Source: a candidate division FCPU426 bacterium
GTDB taxonomy: Bacteria; Oederibacteriota; Muellerivitia; Muellerivitales; Muellerivitaceae
Reading direction: 5' to 3'
Length of the DNA: 64,000 nt
NCBI GenBank assembly: GCA_963847625.1
Contig: CAWKAR010000033.1
Coordinates: forward strand, 1-64,000
The position numbers and the translations under genes were made by a program. Position 1 is the first letter of the stretch. Each line of letters opens with the position of its first letter. The notes beneath the pieces were generated by a model. That model had not been told where the DNA came from and made no database searches. It saw only the letters and a program-made list of their open reading frames with translations. This document shows, piece by piece, positions 60,019 to 64,000 of the stretch.

Positions 60019-61071
60019 TCAACAAATCCTGGGCAACTGCTCCCCGCTGAGAAGATCCATCATGCGAACGGCCCCGGTGCGGCTTTTCAACCGGACCGAC
60101 TTCCCAGGTTCGGGAAGGACCCGGCCGATCAACCGGGTTTCGCGGCTGACCGGGTGTTTTTGGAGGATGCCCAGGGCTTTCGCGGCCTCCGCCTCGGGAA
60201 GGATCGCCACGAAACGTCCCTCGTTGGCCACGTAAAGGGCATCCAGTCCCAGGATCTCGCAGGCGGCCTCCACTTCCTCGATCACGGGGATTTCCCCTTC
60301 CGTGACCAGCATGAGATGACCTGCCCCCTGGGCTATCTCGTTCAAGGCCGAGGCCAAGCCCCCCCGGGTGAGGTCTCTCAGGCAGTGGACGTTCACCCCC
60401 GCCTCGAGCAGGGAAAGAACCGGCCCGTGCAGGAAGGCGCAATCGCTCTCCAGTTTCGTCTCGAAGTCCAGTCCCTCCCGCGCGGCCATGATGGCGATGC
60501 CGTGCCGCCCCACGTCCCCGCTTAAAAGAACCACGTCGCCGGGTTTGACGGCGGAGGGGGAAATATCCAGGCCCGGCTTCGTCACTCCCACCCCGGAAGT
60601 GTTGATGAAAACGCCGTCGCCCTTGCCCTTGTCCACCACCTTCGTGTCGCCGGTGACGATGGAAACGCCAGCCTCCTCCGCGGCTTTTTTCATGGAAAGC
60701 ACGATCCTCCAAAGGGTTTCCAGGGGCAGGCCCTCCTCCAGGATGAAACCCGCGCTCAGGTAAAGGGGTTTAGCGCCGGCCATGGCCAGGTCGTTGACGG
60801 TTCCGGTGACGGCCAGCTTGCCGATGTCGCCGCCGGGGAAAAAGAGGGGTTTCACCACGTAGGAGTCGGTGGTCATGGCGACCGAGCCCGGCGGAAGGGC
60901 CATGACCGAGGCGTCGTGGCGTTTGTTGAGGGGGCCGTTGCCGAAGGCCGGCAGGAAAAACTTCTCGATCAGGTCCTGGGTCAGGCGGCCCCCGCCGCCG
61001 TGCGCCAGCAAGACGCGGTCATAGCCGTTGAAAGGCAGGGGACAATTAAGTTGGAATTCGTTTGAGGCCAT
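60019..61071 (-). CDS. hypE: Hydrogenase maturation protein HypE
   Basis: [29 protein letters not shown]-terminal PRIC. Confidence 0.96.
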   Translation of the reverse strand: MASNEFQLNCPLPFNGYDRVLLAHGGGGRLTQDLIEKFFLPAFGNGPLNKRHDASVMALPPGSVAMTTDSYVVKPLFFPGGDIGKLAVTGTVNDLAMAGAKPLYLSAGFILEEGLPLETLWRIVLSMKKAAEEAGVSIVTGDTKVVDKGKGDGVFINTSGVGVTKPGLDISPSAVKPGDVVLLSGDVGRHGIAIMAAREGLDFETKLESDCAFLHGPVLSLLEAGVNVHCLRDLTRGGLASALNEIAQGAGHLMLVTEGEIPVIEEVEAACEILGLDALYVANEGRFVAILPEAEAAKALGILQKHPVSRETRLIGRVLPEPGKSVRLKSRTGAVRMMDLLSGEQLPRIC

Positions 61072-61134
61072 TAATTTCTCCAGGCCATCATCAAAATTTT
61101 TCAACAATTCTGAATATAACCGAACGAATGAAAA

Positions 61135-62250
61135 CTAGGAAATATTATCCGAGGGAAGGACCGGTTCGGTTCGGCGGTAGCGGTAATAAGCCGAGCAAGC
61201 GCCTTCGGAGGAAACCATGGGCGCGCCCAAGGGCCGCTCCGGCGTGCAGCGCACCGCGAAGGCAGGGCATTGGGGCGGCTTCTTCAGGCCCTGCAGGATC
61301 AGGCCGGCGATGCATTCCTTGGATTCGTGGGATTCCCCCACTCTCACGTTGAAACGGCGAAGAGCGTCGAAGGAAGAGAAGGTTTTGTTCAAGGCCAGGC
61401 CGCTTTCCGGGATCCAGCCGATGCCCCGCCAGTTTTTCGGGCCGACCTCGAAAACTTCCTCTATCATTTTGCGCGCCTGGGGATTGCCCTCGGGCTTCAC
61501 CGAGCGGCTATATTGGTTTTCCACCTCGAAGCGGCCTTCTTCCAACTGCTTGAGGCACATGTAGACGCCCTGGAGGATATCCACCGGCTCGAATCCGGTT
61601 ACGACGATGGGGACATGGTATTTCTTACATATAGGAGGGTATTCGCCTGTTCCCATCACGGTGCAGACGTGGCCTGCGGCCAGGAACCCCTGGATGCGGT
61701 TCTCCGGCGAGGAAAGGATGGCTTCCAGGGCGGGAGGAACCCGGACCTGGGAGGTTAGGAGCGAAAAGTTTTTCAGGCCCCTGGCCTTGGCCTGGAGCAC
61801 CGAAAGCGCGTTGGCCGGGGCGGTGGTCTCGAAACCTACGGCGAAAAAAACCACCTGGCGGTCCGGGTTTTTCACGGCCAGATTCACCGCGTCCAGGGGG
61901 GAATAAACGATGCGCACGTCGCCCCCCTCGGCCTTGACGGACAAGAGGTCCTTGGAAGTGCCCGGCACCCGCAGCATGTCGCCGAAAGAGCAGAACAGGA
62001 CCTCCGGAAGGGAGGCGATGGAAACCGCCGTGTCCAGCACGTCCATGGGCGTGACGCAGACGGGGCACCCGGGGCCGTGAACCAACTCAACACCCTTGGG
62101 GAGAAGGTCCTCCAGGCCGTATTTGACGATGGAGTGGGTTTGTCCCCCGCACACTTCCATCAGGGTCCAGGGACGCTTGACGGTTTGGGCGATGGCTTCC
62201 TGCCATTTTTTTGCCTGAGCCCCGTCACGGTATTCATCGATGTATTTCAT
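61135..62250 (-). CDS. hypD: Hydrogenase maturation protein HypD
   Basis: [30 protein letters not shown]. Confidence 0.97.
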   Translation of the reverse strand: MKYIDEYRDGAQAKKWQEAIAQTVKRPWTLMEVCGGQTHSIVKYGLEDLLPKGVELVHGPGCPVCVTPMDVLDTAVSIASLPEVLFCSFGDMLRVPGTSKDLLSVKAEGGDVRIVYSPLDAVNLAVKNPDRQVVFFAVGFETTAPANALSVLQAKARGLKNFSLLTSQVRVPPALEAILSSPENRIQGFLAAGHVCTVMGTGEYPPICKKYHVPIVVTGFEPVDILQGVYMCLKQLEEGRFEVENQYSRSVKPEGNPQARKMIEEVFEVGPKNWRGIGWIPESGLALNKTFSSFDALRRFNVRVGESHESKECIAGLILQGLKKPPQCPAFAVRCTPERPLGAPMVSSEGACSAYYRYRRTEPVLPSDNIS

Positions 62251-62362
62251 GAGTCACCTAACTGGAACGTCATTTGACAGGTTCCTTTGTATCGGCATTA
62301 TTCCACACCGGAAGCTTGAATTTCCACATCTCCCATGGGTTCGGAAGGCTTCCAATGAAGAT

Positions 62363-64000
62363 TTACTGGCCCGGCCCCATTTGCCACTGTCTTGGGTTTG
62401 CCCCCGCGATGCGTTTCATGCAAAGAGTCGCCTCGTTGAACCGATTGGAGGAATAAAAGATGCCTGCGAGGTAATAATAAAACTCGGGATACTTTCCGGA
62501 GGTGCGCCGGATGGCTTCCAGGAAAAGCGGTTCAGCCGTCTCTGGATGGCCGGTGTAGGCGGTAAAAAAGAAACCCATATTGTAAAGGCCGAAAGGATAG
62601 GGCACGGGCCTCGCGAAATCCTCCCAGAAACTTTTCCAGGCCGAAAGGGGGGGCGATTGGATCAGGGCGGATGCCCCCGAAACCAGGTCCTGAGCGATCC
62701 CGTTTTCGGCCATCAACCGGTTGTAATCCAGGGTCGGGACACCGTCCCCGCAACCTTTCCTCAAGAAGACCGCGGCCACCCCGTCCAAATAAACCGGGCG
62801 CCAGTCCGCCATTTGCCGAAGCTCCAAGATCCACTGGAAGGGAGATTGGGGTTTCATGAGGAGGATTTGCGCCTGGTATTTCTCCAGGAGCGGCCTGAGC
62901 TTGCCCGGGCCCCAGGACGCCACATATTCCGAGAACACATCACTGCCCATCGTTTCCAGGCGGCCGTCGATAAAGGTCTTTCCCGACAGCCCCTGCCAAT
63001 CCAGCCACCCCCCCAAACTCAAGGAGTTCAGGACTCTTCCCTCCAATTTGTTTTGGACCAGGAAACGGCAGGCCTGCACGGGCTGGGCTTCCTCGTCCAA
63101 CCCCAGGCCGAAATGTTCCGGCCGGCGGTTCTGGATATAGTAGGCCCCGGTCGCGACCCTTAAACCAAGGCCCAAAAGAACCAAAGTGAAACCCCAGGCG
63201 AAAAGGGGTTTGGTTAAAAAGGCCCGCTGGAAACATGACAACCAATTCCAACTCAAATCCTTCCAGCAGGAAGCGACCAGGGGAACGCAGGCGATCATGA
63301 AAAGACCAATGTTCCGGAAGGCGGCCAGGGAAATGGCGAGAAATATGGCGGTGAGGAGATACTCGTGGATTTTTCTCCGCTTGAACGTCGCCAGGATCAG
63401 GATCAGCAGAAGGATAAAGAAAAGTTCATAGAAGAAGGTAATCATCATGTGGGTCGGGTTGGAAAGGTAGGCCCAGGTCGGCTGGAACTCGTCGATGTTC
63501 TGTTTAAAAACATTGGAAGTGCCCACCGTTTTCCAGAGGGTGAAGGGAAAACACCAACCGCGGAAGAAATAGGGATTCAGCAGGCAAACCGCCACCGAAA
63601 GCAGGGAATAACCCAGGAGTATTTTGTCGGATTTGCGGTCATGGACAAAACCCGAGAACCAATAAAGGCCCATCAAGAGCCAGCCAAGGGGAAAGAGGCC
63701 CTCCATGTTGGCCCAAAAAAGGTGGAGGAGGGGAAGCAGAAAAAGAAGGTCCCGCTTGCGAAGGGCCCTTAATTCCAGGACCCACAGGGTCAGGCTCAAC
63801 AAGACCCAACTCAGGGTCTCGGGCCTGGCCCGGAAGCGGTTTTCGGTCGTGAAGAGGACCGCCGATAACAATAACACGGACAACCAGGCCGGGGCCTGGG
63901 CTAGCTGTAGGCGCCGGTAAGTCAGGAAAAACAGGATACCGACCAAACCGACGTTCAGAAGGGAAATAAGGATGTAACCACCGAGCCGGTAAAAGGAGAA
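62363..64000 (-). CDS. Polytopic GT-C-like membrane protein with TPR-like tail; 5' end outside the window
   Basis: RPE, WANMEG, LNPY, I.EFQP, GGWL.W and FIDGR motifs; frame open to 64000. Confidence 0.75.
   Translation of the reverse strand, partial: FSFYRLGGYILISLLNVGLVGILFFLTYRRLQLAQAPAWLSVLLLSAVLFTTENRFRARPETLSWVLLSLTLWVLELRALRKRDLLFLLPLLHLFWANMEGLFPLGWLLMGLYWFSGFVHDRKSDKILLGYSLLSVAVCLLNPYFFRGWCFPFTLWKTVGTSNVFKQNIDEFQPTWAYLSNPTHMMITFFYELFFILLLILILATFKRRKIHEYLLTAIFLAISLAAFRNIGLFMIACVPLVASCWKDLSWNWLSCFQRAFLTKPLFAWGFTLVLLGLGLRVATGAYYIQNRRPEHFGLGLDEEAQPVQACRFLVQNKLEGRVLNSLSLGGWLDWQGLSGKTFIDGRLETMGSDVFSEYVASWGPGKLRPLLEKYQAQILLMKPQSPFQWILELRQMADWRPVYLDGVAAVFLRKGCGDGVPTLDYNRLMAENGIAQDLVSGASALIQSPPLSAWKSFWEDFARPVPYPFGLYNMGFFFTAYTGHPETAEPLFLEAIRRTSGKYPEFYYYLAGIFYSSNRFNEATLCMKRIAGANPRQWQMGPGQ

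Overview
Bacterial DNA, probably metagenome-assembled, that looks like two joined pieces. Bases 1-~4241 carry a frameshift-riddled DHH-CBS-tRNA nucleotidyltransferase gene and a glutamate-synthase-type gene pair cut off mid-gene. The rest is a GC-rich diderm genome rich in Thr/Pro-linker exported proteins with FlgD/T9SS-like C-terminal domains and GT-C-fold glycosyltransferases; this resembles candidate phylum FCPU426 or Elusimicrobia-like organisms (inference only). Ordinary genes include mscL, hypD/hypE, a PAS histidine kinase, GNATs, methyltransferases and two type II toxin-antitoxin modules. The accessory region ~35.8-42.1 kb is the most unusual part. It holds AT-rich orphan genes bracketed by a hairpin repeat family, an IS30, and an IS1111-type IS110 whose 3' non-coding RNA carries guide segments matching its own target and donor junctions. 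The best candidate for an undescribed system is also here: a ParB-like DNA-binding-domain-only protein with a C-terminal transmembrane helix, encoded next to a non-coding array of 13 helically phased 42-44 bp repeats. A B-box/SecY-like/DUF2007-like fusion and a 130-bp MITE family were also seen. All family assignments come from motif recognition by eye; no searches were run.
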